Assembly (NCBI GenBank): GCA_030141605.1
Contig: JAQGDQ010000115.1
Span: 542,707-606,706, forward strand
Length of the DNA: 64,000 nucleotides
Direction of reading: 5' to 3'
Source: Tubiluchus corallicola
Taxonomy: Eukaryota > Animalia > Priapulida
The position numbers and the translations under genes are program-made. Below, in pieces: positions 15,558-31,141 of the stretch; positions within the stretch are counted from its first letter, which is position 1; each line of letters begins with the position of its first letter. Under the pieces are notes generated by a model. The model saw nothing but the letters and a program-made list of their open reading frames with translations. It made no database searches and was not told the origin of the DNA.

Positions 15558-16143
15558 ATAATGCGAGCTATGCAACACAGCAGCAGGTATCGACAGACAC
15601 ATAATGCACAACAATGGCAACTACGCAACACAGCAGCAGGTATGAACAGATACGTAATGCACAACAATGTGAGCTGTGCAACACAGCAGCAGGTATCAGC
15701 AGACACACAATGCACAACAATGTCAACTACACAACGTAGCAGCAGGTATCAACAGACACATAATGCACAACAATGCGAGCTATGCAACACAACAGCAGGT
15801 ATCAACAGACAGGTAATACATAACAATGTGAGCTATGCAACACAGCAGCAGGTATCAGCAGTCACATAATGCACAACAATGTGAGCTATGCAACACAGCA
15901 GCAGGTATCAACAGACAGGTAATGCATAACAATGTGAGCTATGCAACACAGCAGGTATCGACAGACACATAATGCACAACAATGGCAACTATGCAAAGCA
16001 GCAGCAGGTATCAACAGACAGGTAATGCACAACAATGTGAGCTGTGCAGCACAGCAGCAGGTGTCAACCGACAGGTAATGCACAACAATGTGAGCTATGC
16101 AACACAGCAGCAGGTATCAGCAGTCACATAATGCACAACAATG
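15558..16143. repeat. Minisatellite, ~53-bp unit, ~11 copies
   Basis: Unit like CTATGCAACACAGCAGCAGGTATCAACAGACAGGTAATGCATAACAATGTGAG; period measured 15886 to 15939. Confidence 0.95.
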
Positions 16144-19100
16144 TATAAACATGAGGAGCAGAGTCGTGCAGGTCTAAATGCAGCAACTCGACCGGAATGA
16201 TTTGCAGTCCAATTGATAGCATCATTTAAGAAATAGTTATTTGTCCACAAGTAAGACCTTAAAGCGACAGGCAGCCTTTCTGCGTTTATTAGCTCCAAGA
16301 AATTACTTCCTAAACTCCACATTGAAAATTGAAAGGAATGTCTTTCTCTTTCAAAAGTCAAGATGCAGCGCTCTTTTCCAGGACGAAACTTCCTCCAGGG
16401 AATGTCTGACTGAAATTTTATTTGCTAACTGTGTCATTGTAACTCACTGAACCATTTCTCTTTCCAGTGGATGAATGACGTGGTCGTCTCTTCACGACGT
16501 GAAATTAAAACTTGATATCCGCGTCAAATCTTAGTCATTTATCTGCGGCTAAGTTGTGTGGAATGATGACCAAGCCACCAAGTGCGTGAAAATGGGATGT
16601 TTTGATCGAAACCGATCGTCGCAAGTGTACATATTCTAGCGGAAATAAAATCACAATTCAAATGTCATGGAGCTTTTGAGGCTAAGCTTTGTATTTCAGG
16701 CGCTGGGAGCTATTGAGGCTAAGCTTTGTATTTAAGGCGAGGGGAGCTATTGAAGATAACTTTTTTATAAAACGGATGTGTCCAGCTTTGTGTGACAAGG
16801 GCCTAAAACCAACAACAGAGCTCTGCAAGCTTACTTAGAATGAAAAAGATTCTAGAAGCTGTTTTTATAAAGATACTTTTAACGTTGTATAGGCAAGACG
16901 AAAATCGAATCAAAATCAAATTTAAAAAAAATTACCTAAATTATTAAAACAAATTGATACATAGACAGAAACAAAGATTTATAGAAAATTCATAGTTCAA
17001 TTACTTAACTTCAATAATAATCATAATAATTAACATTATGTACTAAGAAGTGTTCATGGCTTATTCTGCCCGCCAGAAATGATCTGTTAGTAAAATGTAT
17101 TAAAACGTATTAATAAATATCTGCATACAATAATAAATGACAAATTATTGTTAGTATCATAACGTATTTTGCAGTTTATGCACAAATTCATTTTTACAAC
17201 ATTTCGTCCTGTACATTTAAAGTAAAGACCATGGAACACTTAAAATACTGTAACGACGACAAAATGCCATTTATTTTCACTGCCTTCTCTACATTGTGAC
17301 GGTTTGATCCATTACGAAGCCATTGCGCATTTTTTACCCCCTCCTATACTGCGATGGTTCGATCCGTTACGAAGCCTACCTGCCAGGTATATATGGAATG
17401 GCCTCGTCGATTCAGCAGGCATTCGGGTACCGTTTAAGCACTAATCCAGCATTGAACCTCTTGGCGTTACAATATTGTTGCATTTGTTTTTATTTGATTT
17501 TTTGTTCGTTTGTTTGTCTGTTGTGGTTTTTGTTATTTTTTTGATCGTCGCTGGGTTGTCGTCACAGTTTTAACGGAGTGTCTTTTTCTAGTTGAGCACG
17601 TCACTGAATGCGGTCATAAAGAAATAGAAGCCTCCGAGTGGTTTATTGATCAAATTCCTCTTCTCTTCAATAAAACAACTTGCAGGCTGTTAATATGCAG
17701 TACAAGAAAAAGACAAATTTACTTGAATTACATCGCGTAAGATAAAACTTTGACGATGTTTGCAGTGCAGTCAATATCATTTTCCTGAGTAATGACAAGC
17801 CCCTGGGCTCTGATGTAGAATGAACAGTCATTAGAAGCTGATTCGCCGAATATTTATGAAAAACAAATAAAATTCTTTACCGGAAATCACGTGACCGGAA
17901 ATCGTTAAAATAATGTTCTCGGTTTAAGTACACGAAAGAGAAGCAACGTGAAAATGCAAAATAAAAACTGTGAAGCAGACAGATGTATACTTTTCGTTTC
18001 ATATTTTTTGTGAAGCAGACAGATGTATACTTTTTATTTTATAAATCTTGATGGCGTTATGTGACATAAAAAGAATACGAAACAATGCATGTGGTGTGGA
18101 GATTCTGCCAATTAAATTATGTCTTTTAACTTCGAGTTGTTTACAATGTTACACTACATTATGTTTCATGCCGTGTTTTTTCTGTATAACGTGCATGAGG
18201 CCTTGCAAAAGCCTCTATTGAATCTCGAGCTTTTTAACACCAAATGGAACTTTAGTAAATAACAAGAAGTTGTTTCTGGTTTAAAACGTTCGCAGTTGAA
18301 ATCATTTGTCACTTTCCTCATCAAAAGCCACGTAGCTAACGAGTGTAGAAGGGGTACAAAGTGCGATGTCTTGTGCAACTGAGCAAAACTCAGAAAACTG
18401 ATATCGTCTTCAAACCTCCAATTATAACAGACCATTTTTATTTGATTATCTTCCATGTTTGTGGTACTGCAGTGTGTAAACATGTGCGTACGTTGTCCAT
18501 TAATAATTTAAGCATTCATTAGACGGACAGTAATCGATGTTGATTTGAGTATAATGTTTAATACGCGGGAAAATATAAACACGTATGAAACCTGACCACG
18601 CATGCGCGAAATCCGGACATGTGCTAATTTATTCGCCATTGTTGTATGCTAAGTGGAAAACACTACACTACTTATTCTAAACTGAATTATTGAAACTGTT
18701 GACAAATTTTGCTTTTCGGGGTTAGTATCGTTCCATTTAATAGAACCGCTGTATTTTTGTTGCAAGTTTGCGAAGTATAACATTGCATTTAACGGAGTGA
18801 TAGTTAAGCTTGTTACGAGTATTGTATCCATGAATATTTAAGTTTGCTCAAAATAGTCGTCAAATAACGATGGAAGTAAATTGCGGTGGTACTTGTACAT
18901 AAAAATAGCAGTTTCAAGTTTATTTATATCGTAAACATTTAAAAAACCTTGATTCTTAAATATCGGTGCAACATACTCTTTACTGGGTAGAAATAATATG
19001 TTTTAACGGTTCAAGCACCTTGAAAGATTTTCCGCAGCAGCATTCACCACTCCATTTACTGACTATGGTCGTGACTGCTTTACTTTAGCCGCTAAGCACA

Positions 19101-20133
19101 TAAGCCGTGACTTCTCAGCTATACACCCCGAACATTACCCTATAATTATCCTCTGAAGGGACGATTATAATTGAGTCTAAATTTGCATATAATTTCTCTC
19201 TTCAGGTTCACCAACGTTCTCTTTGTGGGCTGAAGCTTATAATTAAATAATACTAGCCTATTTGCGAACAGAGCTGACACAATAGCGTTGCAGTTAGTGG
19301 CTTCGTTCAAACTCAGAGTCACTCAAACCACGCGGTGGACAGGCATTGACCATTAAATGCGTTCCCAAGCACTCTCTTCAGTGAGAGTGTAAGCTGGTCA
19401 ACTATAGTAAACAATTTAGTGGGTCAGTATGACGTTGCAAATAGGACTGTAATCAAGCGGGCTATTAGGTTACGCACTAGAGGGGCAAAGCTGGTTAAAA
19501 AGTGTAGGCCTAGTTATATTAATTTTAATGTCTGGCCACAAAGACATATCTTCGCACAGTATATATCTTTGCGACAGTCTATAGTTTTATATTACTTCCT
19601 GTATAACTAAGAAATCTACACAACAAAATACTTCGGCCACTTTGTACTATGTAATTGTGCAATTGGACTACACACCCTCTGGAGGCCTTATAGGCTCGTA
19701 TGCACCATATCATTTTGAAATTCTCTTGGTCTTATTGTTAGAAAAGACAGTTAAGTTTCACTTGTTCAGCATTCAAGACCAATATCTAGAAACTCTTAAG
19801 TTCCATTTAATATTCCGTTTGTTTTGCACTTTTACGGTGATCATTTCTGTTTCTGCATCACCAAAATTCCCGTGCGATTTTAACTTTTAAGTAGAGGATT
19901 TTAATACAAGCTTCATCTTCGTACAAGTAAATTTTTCAACAACGCGGTATCTTTCTCTTTGCCAATAATAAGAACGGTCACAAGTAGAAACAAGAATAAG
20001 ATAAAGCACCAGAAGAAGAAATAACAAGTAAAAATAGTAACAGTAGCAGTAACTAACAACAATAATGACGATAGCAATCATAGTCATACCAGCATCACAG
20101 CAACAAAGTCAGCAACAGCAGTGGTAGCAGCAG

Positions 20134-20610
20134 TTTCAAGTTTGAGTTTGAAGTTTTATTATCATCACATTCCGTACAATATAATGGCATTAAACACACA
20201 GTGACATCAAAATTGTTACATCATACTGTATTAAGTTATTATGTTTCATACACTATCGTTATCATAAAAGAATAATTGTACTGCAGTGGGCTAGAGAAGC
20301 AAAGGCTTGTATAGGCCCACTGCCATGTGAACCCGATAAAAAAAAGAATGGATGAGTGAACAAAAAAGAACTGGGAGAAAGGTTAGATCACACAGGAAGG
20401 GTAGAGGGATGTGTTAGTGGAAATTGTAGGAAGAAAGATAGTAGATTGTGCGATGTTTACATCAGCTCTAAAGATTTATCAATGATGCCTTGTTTTGTAT
20501 AACCTGTACCAAGATTGTGGTATGACTGCTGCAGTATGTGTAGGATATTAAGAAGTGTTGTACTTGTTGAGAATCATTGCTCTATATTTCTTTTTAAATT
20601 TTTGAATTGG
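20134..20610 (-). mobile_element. Probable 3' end fragment of an L2/CR1-type LINE
   Basis: Stem-loop GCAGTGGGC...AAGCaaagGCTT...GCCCACTGC near 20283-20323, minus-strand AATAAA and a short-repeat tail; same layout as the LINE 3' end at 34309-34442. Confidence 0.45.
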
Positions 20611-23134
20611 AACAATAGTAACTGTAGAGGTAACAACATAAAGAACAGCAGCAGCAACCAAAAAATAACAGCAACAACACAATTATGCGGATTGGGTATT
20701 TCCACAGCTAAAATTCGCAAAGTTGCTGCTGTAATTTTCCTTATTATTTCGCTTTTAACAAAGATTACATCATGTTACTGTAAAGTTTACTGTGGCTTAT
20801 GAAATGTAATTACATTTCAAGTCATATTACAGCCTTCTAATACGCCAACAACAGTTTTCACAAAAACGTTACGTTTTTCCTCTTATCTAACTGCATCAGC
20901 AATTCAGCGTTTAAATTGTTTTAACAAAAATATCCAATTAGCAGTTAATGCGAATGCAAACTGTGCAAAACGCTTTGCAATATGGCATATTATATGAGCT
21001 GGCTATTAAATTGAGCTATTACAAGAATGACTTTACTGTCGAGACTAATTTAATCCGCTGAAACGTGGTGTTATTAATGTTTAAAGTAAGCACGAGTTGA
21101 ATGTTTCTTTTAAAGCCTGTTCCCGTACTTATTATAGGACTCAGGCATGTGTAGTTATTTTGTGCACTTTGCTTTCTGGTTTCCAAACAAAGTGCCACGG
21201 CGCTTGCACTGAAATTCAATATTCTCCCTACAAATGAAATTATTGCTTGATCGCTGTGCCGGTTGATGAAAACGCTAAAATAGCCTTTTTTACATTAAGT
21301 GAGCAGTGCCGATTTTCTAACGCCTTGCTGCTTGCAAAAGTGTCAAATTCGAAGCCTGTCCGAGAGCTTACTTACTTTAGGAAGCATGAACAGTATGCGC
21401 TGAGCTTTGATTAGGGTGGTAACTGAGATGCGCAAACCTTGCCCACACAGACTTGAGACTTAACACACTTTAAACCGCCTAAAGATGCTCCGATGGCTAC
21501 GGTTGATACAAGACGACCAAGTTCACCCTGGGAGGGGCGGGGACTTGCACTCCTGCTACTAACTAACGAAACTACAAGTAGCATGCTACACGCTCCAAGC
21601 CATTCATTAAAGCTGTATTACGAATATTTTAATACTCTAGCGTAGCCTCAAACAGTAAGTTGTTTGCCAAAAGATCCCCATGCTGCTCTCATATAAATAT
21701 GGGATAGAAAAATGTTTCAACGCCTTTAAGAGACGACATTCCCAATACTGTGTTTATATCATGGCCACAAAATATCATGTTGTGGCAAAGACTATACTGT
21801 TCCCACGGCCTACTATGTCGTTCCGGCGACTTATTCTTTGACTGCTCCAGAAAAAGTGTTCATTTGAGCGTTACTTTCAGGGCCTTACCGTATCTAGCGA
21901 GGCCTCTGGAAAAGCTCGGGTAGCGGTTTAGTGATACCTCCTTCAAGAAAGAGGTTTATCTCAGCTGCAGTTGATTTCTTTCATTTATATTTTCCACACT
22001 AATGTATCGACTGACGTATCGACCATAAAGACATTTCGACTAAAGTTACCAAAAGCTAATATTTAAACATTCTCTTTATGGTCTCCAGTTCTCGGAGAAC
22101 TGAAACGGATTTTTAATGTCTTCTCTAATTGTGATTGATAAATTGTTTAACTAAACCAAAATGTAACCTTGCTTTGTGTACATTTCCCCAAAGAGCAGGC
22201 AATAGATCATGAGACAGTAGCAGGTGAAAGACACAAGATACAGATATTACCAACAAGGGGAAAATAATTTTCTTTTGATTAGTAGCAGTAAAAGTTACCC
22301 GAGTTGAACTTGTGTAAATCAATGCTTACCGTCTCATCTACCTTTGCCTATTATTAACTCATATCTTTTGTCATACGTGCATCTAACCATAATGACAAAA
22401 TGTCTGTCAAAGATCGATTTATTCTCATCGTTGCATTTTTTTATAAACGTCGGAGAAAAACGTTGTACATGTAGTGTAGAAAATAGTCTAGTGGATTCGG
22501 CGTGTGCTTGGTGACTTGTCAGTCAATACTCGTTACAGACGGCTTATTCATCACGCTGATTTTGACTGTTTTTCTCGTAGAGAGAGGAGGTACTCACACT
22601 CAAACGTAAATTAAGCACCTCAGTTGGTTCAGTAGCTCACCTCGGAGTGTCTCTCACTAATTTTAGTAGTGAACTTTGTTCCAGTCTTGCCACAAACATC
22701 AGCATCTATGCCATCGAATGCTAGATTCCTCCTCGCAGAATGGTAAAAAACGATGTTTTTATAGTTTATGATATTGACTTCATTCAGCGATAAAAGTGGG
22801 GGAAATTCTATTTAGCTGCATAAACAGCTGGGACTACCTCGCTTATAGTTTTGCTTGTTTTTGTCATCTCTACCTCATTAAGTGCAGCTGCTGCTTTTGA
22901 TTTGTTTATGTTAACTTTAACTTTGAAATTGTTAATTAAGTCGATTTTTACCTTTGTTTTCTCTCCAATTTTATTATATTAGTTAACAGTTAAGTACTGT
23001 GTATAAATAGTTTGAACTCCTTTCAAGCCAGCTGTATTAGTAGCAGTCTGTATTTTTGTTCAGCTATTGCGTCAATTTTATGACTAGGTATGATTATTCC
23101 TTACTTTGCCACACAGCATCACTTACCTCGATTT

Positions 23135-23595
23135 CCCCTACAATTATTGCTCATCTTCAGCTTGTGTGAAATGCAACGCTTTAGTATAAAAATTATTATA
23201 TTGCGCATTCTTAGCTTGTATGAAAATACAATGCAGTGGAATAAGAATTATTATATTGCGTATTCTTAGCTTGTATCAAAATACAATGCAGTGGGATAAG
23301 AATTATTATATTGCGTATTCTTAGCTTGTATGAAAATACAATGCAGTGGAATAAGAATTATTATATTGCGTATTCTTAGTTTGTATGAAAATACAATGCA
23401 GTGGAATAAGAATTATTATATTGCGTATTCTTAGCTTGTATGAAAATACAATGCAGTGGGATAAGAATTATTATGTTGCGTTTTCTCATTTCGTGTGTAA
23501 GTGCAATGCAAGGCATAAGAATTATTATAATTATTGCGTGTTCTCATCGCGTGTGCAAGTGCAATGCAGTGACATAAGAATTATTATATTGCGTA
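23135..23595. repeat. Minisatellite, 55-bp unit, ~8 copies (homogeneous centre, degenerate edges)
   Basis: Unit TGAAAATACAATGCAGTGGAATAAGAATTATTATATTGCGTATTCTTAGCTTGTA; period 23221/23276/23331. Confidence 0.95.
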
Positions 23596-26500
23596 GTCTA
23601 AGATCTATTAGTATTTGATGCCCTGGGCAAGCACACAATGTGCAAACATTGCCGCCTGATATATCAGGTTTATTGACACATTCAAGTGATGCACCATATG
23701 AGATGAGAAGAGACAAATAGAGGCCAAACTGCAATAGTTGCTGATGTTTAGGCTTCCATTGTGCCTCTTCAACTACGGAATGCTTCAAATGCGAATGGCT
23801 TCATTTACTAACTACTGGACTAAAAACTTATTCAAGCCTAGCTTTAAATTTGTACTTTAATATTTAACCTTGAGCCATCTACTCAACGTCATCGAATACT
23901 CAACCAAAATCTGCCGAATATCTAATACTTTAGTTACCGAAGAATGCTTGCCCAGCTCCTTATCGTTTTTGAGTTGTTGTTACCCCCTTGGCCTTGAATC
24001 ATTTACTCATTGTCGCCGACCACCCCTCAAGTGGTACTAATGATTACCAAACTTTGCTTGTCTAATTCCTTGCAGTTTTCAAGTCACATTTCTGACCTGG
24101 AAAACGCTCACCTAAACTCACCACCTTCCCTACTGAAGTTTGTTCCCCATCCATTGTGGTAAGAACCAAGGTTTACTCGATACATTCACCTTCATTAAGT
24201 TGTTGGCTTCTTGAAGTTTGTTTTGATTCGTAAGCGCAATTTATTGTTGCGACTTAAGTTTTAGGAAAATAGAAACGTACAATTTAGAAAAGAAAAAATA
24301 ATGCGCGCAAAACGAAGCGTATAAAAAACTTATTTATACAACACATAGTTGCAATTTGCTGGTAACACCTGGGTTATTAACTCTGACTACTATCAGACAG
24401 ACACACAAACAGACCACATTGCATCATATTGCGATTATGAGTGTATAAACCTACTGAACTTGAAACTAATAATATTTTCTCAAGCAGTCAGACAATTCCC
24501 CGGAGCGTGCTGATAACTGAAATTGGGTTGTCAAAATTAATCGTTGTTTTTCGCTCTATTTTCATCGATTCAGTTTACATTGATCGTTATTTGAGAGACA
24601 TCGTTGGAATATCACGGCGCGTAACAATTGCACAATGTTTGCGTAAGATAAAATATTGATCTTCCTGTCAACTTCTTTGGAACATGTTCGCCGATAATGT
24701 GATGTAAAAAGGTTTGCGAAGTGAAGTTTACGCAACTAACATGCTCAGTATCAATTAGGTTTCGATTATTGCTGTGTTTGAAAGATAGAAATGGACAAAG
24801 TAGTGCGCAACATGTCCACATTGAGGCTCAAGTTCAAACAGCGTCATCGCCTGATTTTTTAGACAGATTTTTCTAGTTATTTTCAAACGTGGGTACTCAT
24901 CACATTTACTAAATCAGGTCCAGCAAAGTTTTCTTTAGTTAATTAATCTCTCTGTTTAAAAACATTTTAGCCACTGTTTGCTTGACGTTAACGTAATTTT
25001 TTGGCTTATTTATTTTTTGGAAGTTTTTTAAAAATTGACCTAACATAGAAGTTATCTTGGAGACGCAGCAGCTGTGGTTTTAAGCTAAAACAAAGCCGAA
25101 AACTAATCTCACTTTTTAGCAAATGAAGCCACATTTTTGGCTTCTTCAAGGAAAATAGCTCTCCAAGAATGTTTCAGCCACGGAGCAAACATAATAGCAA
25201 ACTGTCATGTTTTATTGACACGTAAAACCGTTCTCCCTTTCTTCCTGACATATCCACAAGCATGCGATCTCTCTCTTCCATTAATTCACCCGCGTCACGT
25301 GACCTGACTTCAGAAACAGCCTCAATGCTGATGATAATGATGATAACGTCACCTACAGCTGCGAAGCTGACTTTAAAAATTAATTAACTGGAGTGTTGCC
25401 GCCGCTGGTGTCTTCCAGTATCTGATGGTTAATATTTAATGAGAACCTAAGTGCAATCGCTCTCAAATTCAATTTCTAATCTACATTCCTCTAGGGGACG
25501 CTAGTGCTTAGGCTGCGCAAGATTAAAAATTCCACGCTGAAGATGTAGATCGAGGTCCGATACGCAACTAAATTTCAATACAGTGTTATCATTACAATGT
25601 CAGCGCTAAAATCGTTCTTATTTAACGCATTTCACGTTTCAAAGCCGTGCTCTAAGCGTTTTTCATTAGTCACCCAAAATCAGATGACGTTTCCTTTTTT
25701 ATTCCCGTTGTAAAACTCAATGAAATCATATTTGTTTTGTTTGTGACCAGGTAATACATTTAGCTTTTACGACCTAATTTTACAAAAACGATTCTATCAG
25801 AAAGATTTCAGGAAATCAGAATGACCCAACAATAGAGTTACCTTTCATAATACTGATCGCACCATTTAATAAAGCTGCCTGCAATAACTGCTCTTACATT
25901 GTCTCACACAAGGCATAAGGCAACTGTTGTATGAATCAAACTGCGTTATTTGTAAAACTTCAGTAAATAATTATTAGTTGACACGTTAGTAAAAGGATGG
26001 TTTTTTATTAGTGTGACCTAATCCGAGCCCGCACACGAGGTCAGGAACAGCTTGTCAAAGACAGAAAATCTGTGTGCGACTAAGTAGGTAGGCGTGCAAA
26101 AATCTTTCTCAGACAAGTTGTTTGCAAACAGACGTTGCATCGTGTGCGTCCTGTATAAGGTGTATTTTACACTGCAGCCAAACATACATGTACTTGCCAA
26201 AAAAACTGTTAGTCTGGAAATTTTACAGTTTCTATCTTACTTCCACCAATAGTTCAATTAACTATTAATTATTAACTGGCTCCAAATTACTTCTATTGAC
26301 ATCCAATCATTGAAAAACTGAGCGAGAACAGAATTAAAACAACGCACACAAACTACTGCAGCGCTAATGGATCCCTGGTATTGACAACATCATCTAACAC
26401 AAATTTTTCGTTTCTCTTTTGATGGACAAATTAATCTCGTCTTGTTTTTATAGCAAATAGAGTTTATGAAATTATATAGACACTGCTAATGAAGTGACAA

Positions 26501-29500
26501 GCGACTGAAAATAAATTTGCGTAATTATTAAATGAAAAGAATTTTTGCGGCGAAACAATTTTCGTCGCGGTTTTAATTAATAAAGAAAAGATGGTATCTT
26601 AACCACCGCTCAATTTTATTAATTTTTGTCATAAATGTGTAGTTTTAATTACAGGTTTTTTTCTTATCATAGCGTGTTAAGACTATATGATAAATGTTGC
26701 AACGCGCCTGTTAGATTTTTGAAAATATCTTGGAAATCTGACATATGATATACTCAAAATTAAAATACATCTGTTTGTAATTTCGCTGTGTATGTATTTC
26801 AATATGCAACCAGTGGCATATTAGTCGAAGTACCTTCATTCTCTTGCTAAAGTCTACAGCGCCATCTTTTGGCAAAAAAGAAAGCTTTAGAAATGGTAGC
26901 TCTTTACGTCTTTTGTGTAAGCGAATAGTACTAAACATTCTAATTACCACATTCCTCCCAGTATGATGCTCTGTTTTTGGTATCAATTTTGGGAACTAAT
27001 TTTATCAATAACTGGGTAAAATAAAAACGTGAGTTCAAATCCCAAAAGAAACCTTTTCCCTGACGTTTATTGTTTGCAGTAACACGAAGTGTCAAAAAAA
27101 GGATCTAAGATATTTTCGAGTGGCAATTTAGATGTTAAAGAAAAAATATGTTAGACTTAAAAGTATGTAATATGTGTATGTAACAATAAATACAGTCGAA
27201 GTGTCACCAACTGATGATGATTAATCTTTTATTTTAAAATACACATTTACAAAAATATGTTTCTAGTTGCAGGCAAAGTTTAACCTAATTATAAGTACAC
27301 AGTCATATATATATATCTTGATACATTAACACATATTGTTAAATTAAAGCTATTGGACGAATGTTCAGTTTACCGCACAACACGAAAACTCTCGCTGTTT
27401 TAAACATTATTGCACTATGCGGAATTCAAACGAAACTGTGTTAAGACAAGCCTTTAATGAGCCATTACCGTGCTTCATTGGGTTTCAGGGCTTAACCGGA
27501 CCTCGCACTTAGTCTAACAGCTAAAACTGTATAATATCACAACACCAACTGTACTCTCCAAAGCTGAAATTCCTTAACTGATGATAACCACTTGTCTTAA
27601 AGCAGAGATTCTGATGAATTAGTTTTTTGCCTGTGTAATTTTACTACTACGTGGAAGTCTCGTAAACTTATCGGTGTCCACAGGTATAAAATACAGTCCC
27701 GCTGCACGTCTGTTAGTCGCATATCATCCAGTTAAGTGTTGCTGTTTCTCTGACCTGCGATGCTGCATCACCAACCAACTGCATCATCAGAACAATGTAA
27801 CGCGCAATTTTGTCATTACCTTACCTTCATCGTCACCCTGATAATTTACTCTTCTTTATTTTATTTTGCAACTTTTTGTTCAATTTTGCACTTCAGCTCA
27901 GACGAGTACAAATTAGTCCTGTTGACCCTGCTCCACTATCTCAATATCTGATGAAACATTAATTTTTGTTTTGTTTTTAGAAGGAATAGTTCATATTGTG
28001 ATGCACGTAACAACGTATTATATTATAGCTTTTTGGAAATCAACTAAATTAAAGCTGACATGATATCTGCCAAGTGATGGTGTGGCAAGACAAGCACTAT
28101 CAGCTTGCATAAAACCGACAATTGTCACATTACTGTGATTTGAAAAAGGTTTACCAAAAAACTTTACTTATCAGCACTGTTGGAGTTTATTAGCTAATAA
28201 AAACCAATAAACTGAGCCTATAACCCTTTTCTCCTACAGTTTTAATTCTAGCTTTACCACAATCTGTCCAGAGTCTAGACAGATGAAGTCATTTTTTTTA
28301 TATTCAGAAACAAATTTCAAGTTTGATTGTAAGCTAAAAGTTTCAATTCTTGAACAACAAATACCACAAAACGTCATTTCTGTAATTTTCTTCGCCATAA
28401 ATTTGCTGTAACCAAAGCTCCATCCACGACAGTCATCACTGTCTAGCATCTTCCGCAAAGCGCTAAAGTTTCACAGTAACAATTGCCATAAAACATTTTT
28501 ACACAAAAATAGTAGAAATAATACATTCTAATCCTCTCACATTGTTTATTTTTACACATTATAAATTAATCAATACAAAAAAGTATTATGAAATGTTTGA
28601 CAGCACACTGAACTGCAGTTTCTTAGAAATTGTAATTATTAATTTACGTGGATTGTGGCAAAACTGTCTATTTAACCCGAATAAATTCATTTACTATTAA
28701 TAATTTAAGCTATCATACTTTATTGTGGTCACACATAATACATTTAGCAAATTCTTAAGCACATGCTTATACCAAGGTTAAATGCAAATCATCAAATATA
28801 ATAAACTTAATAGTAAAAAAGTAGTACGCAGCATCAAGACATACATTGGCTAGAGACAGACAGACAGACAGACAGATAAACTTACAAACTTAAAAATATT
28901 ACTAGTGCAAACATAATCAAGGTCGCTATTGTGATGAAGCATCAAACAACACAATTTCAAATACACAAATAAGTTACTGCATTAAAGTTTTTCACAAAAG
29001 TTACAACAAAATTACAAGAAATTGTCCCAATACAGATACGGATTTATAGTCTGTGATTCATATACAATAATGGACAGACATCAGTAAAATCGTGCAAAAT
29101 TCATGTACATTTTCTTCTCTCCACAATGGGCATAAAAATCACGTCTCAAATGTTTTGCACTTTTGCAAAAACAAAACAATTTTCTCCTCTTATTTCGTGC
29201 GATTTCATTCTCGATGGATGCATGAAATGACATTCAAAGATGGTATAATAAAAACTAGACAGCCATATTGGGAATGTGGGAAGTATTACAACTAATAATT
29301 TTGCACTCTGCATGTTTGTACATGGCTTGACAGTGGATAATTTATGTCAATAATTCATAAGCTGCACCACGGTATCCATGCCAAAAACTATCAGATGTAA
29401 AATTTATTACTGCCAAGAAATTTAGCAAACATTTCGTCCATTTGTGCGAAAGCCGTTTATCATTCAAAAGCCTTCATAAGCATAAGATGATCTGCTCTTT

Positions 29501-30825
29501 CAGTGCAATAAAAAATTTGCTATAACTTTTAAATTAAAGAAGTTGCCACTAGCCCTCACTAATGCAAATAATAAAACAGCCTGCTAGGTCATTTTGACAA
29601 ATTTAGATAGGATCTAATTAGCAGTACAATGATGCTAGTGTATTGTTGCTATTCAGCATGAAAAGAGTTTAACGTGCTGGCACACTTACGACTAAAGTCA
29701 GCCAAAACGTTAACATAAACTGTCAACAAAACGCTGCAAAATTTTATTTCTCAGCAGGTTTTATTGCCACACCCTGATATAGAGGTGTTTTTATCACACT
29801 GAATAGAAGCTCATAGTTTCACATTCAAATTCGATGTTCTAACCTATAAGAGGCAGTTCTATTTTCATTGGCTAATGAAAGACGGCAGCTAAAAAGTTCA
29901 ATGACAACAACACATATCTTAGGATGCTGCTAATGCAAGAGATAAAAGGCAAAGTTTGGCACTGCCCCTGTGCCCTTGCTAATGATAAGCAGGCTACAAT
30001 ATACAGGCATCAATTTATTATTGAAAAACTAAGATAACATCATCTTGTGCCGCGCTAAAATAATGAGTTTGTTAACAACATTTTACAGTGTTCAGCAGAA
30101 TGGTTTTCTATATGCAAATGAAGCAGCATGCCACGCAAAGTTAAATTAGCTCATGACTGCCTCGTTCTGCATCCCAAGTCTAATAATTCGCGAACGCGAC
30201 ATCGACTAGTAAACAGCCAACGGCAAAAAAGGTCGTCTCGACGTAAAATCAATTGAGAGCGACAGAACGGAGAAAAGAACGGCTCTTCAGTCAATCTGGA
30301 AAATAAATCACATGCGGGCCATCAATGTCAAAATAATTCCATCAATCTTATTCTGGAGGATGGAACCATGCCATGCAGCAGATGCGCAATTACCATAAAA
30401 CATGGAGTCCCACCGTGTTATCTATTTGCAATTACAGTTATTGAATATTGACAAAGCAGAGTCTGCTGGTCTGCAAAGAGAAAATAACTGGGCAATGCAA
30501 TTTCAATTAGCTGTCAGTTCGAAATGGCACATCAGCTGAATTATACAACACCAGAATTTTGGAATAGTTGATAACACAAGCTAGGGGACTTCAGTTAGGG
30601 ATTTAGGGCTGGAGTTTGAAACTACTCTGCAAGAAAAGATTAAAGTCACATTTTGTACATAATTAATCAGTGCGCTGCTGCAGTCTTGAAAAATTTTCGA
30701 TGTCACTATCACCTTTGATGTTCGCCAGCGTAATAGCTGTCACTTATCAGATCACCACGCAAAATTCCGTTCAGCACTAAGAAGAAAAGTTTAACATGTG
30801 ACGTGCAAGACCAGATTAACCTATA

Positions 30826-31141
30826 AGCTAGAATACACTGCAGCCTAGTGCTCCTCAAGTTTGGGGAGATCCTCAAGCTTTGGTAACGTTTGGTAAAAAA
30901 TCTGTTTTTTCACTAAGATTGTGTTGAAATATGTGCTAATTCAGTTTGCAATAAACAGTAAATCTCAAAGAATGTTTCATTGAGAAACAAAAAATAGCTA
31001 TTCTAGTTTATTTAAAGAATTTGCAATAAATTTACTTCAAGGTATGTTAATGTCGCTGAAATATATCATGAGTAAAAAAATATAAAAAAATATTCAAAAC
31101 AGGTGCGGGCAAGTTAGAGGCTGGCTCCATTTGAGGGATCC
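30826..31141. mobile_element. Degenerate MITE, copy 2 of the 10569-10945 family
   Basis: CAGATTAACCTATAAGCTAG and AAATATTCAAAACAGGTGCGGGCAAGTTAGAGG match the two ends of copy 1. Confidence 0.6.

Noticed and set aside
23135-23595. 55-bp array (and the 53-bp array at 15558-16143) as CRISPR-like or coding repeats
   Set aside because: No spacers; unit lengths are not multiples of three; no consistent frame or splice sites.
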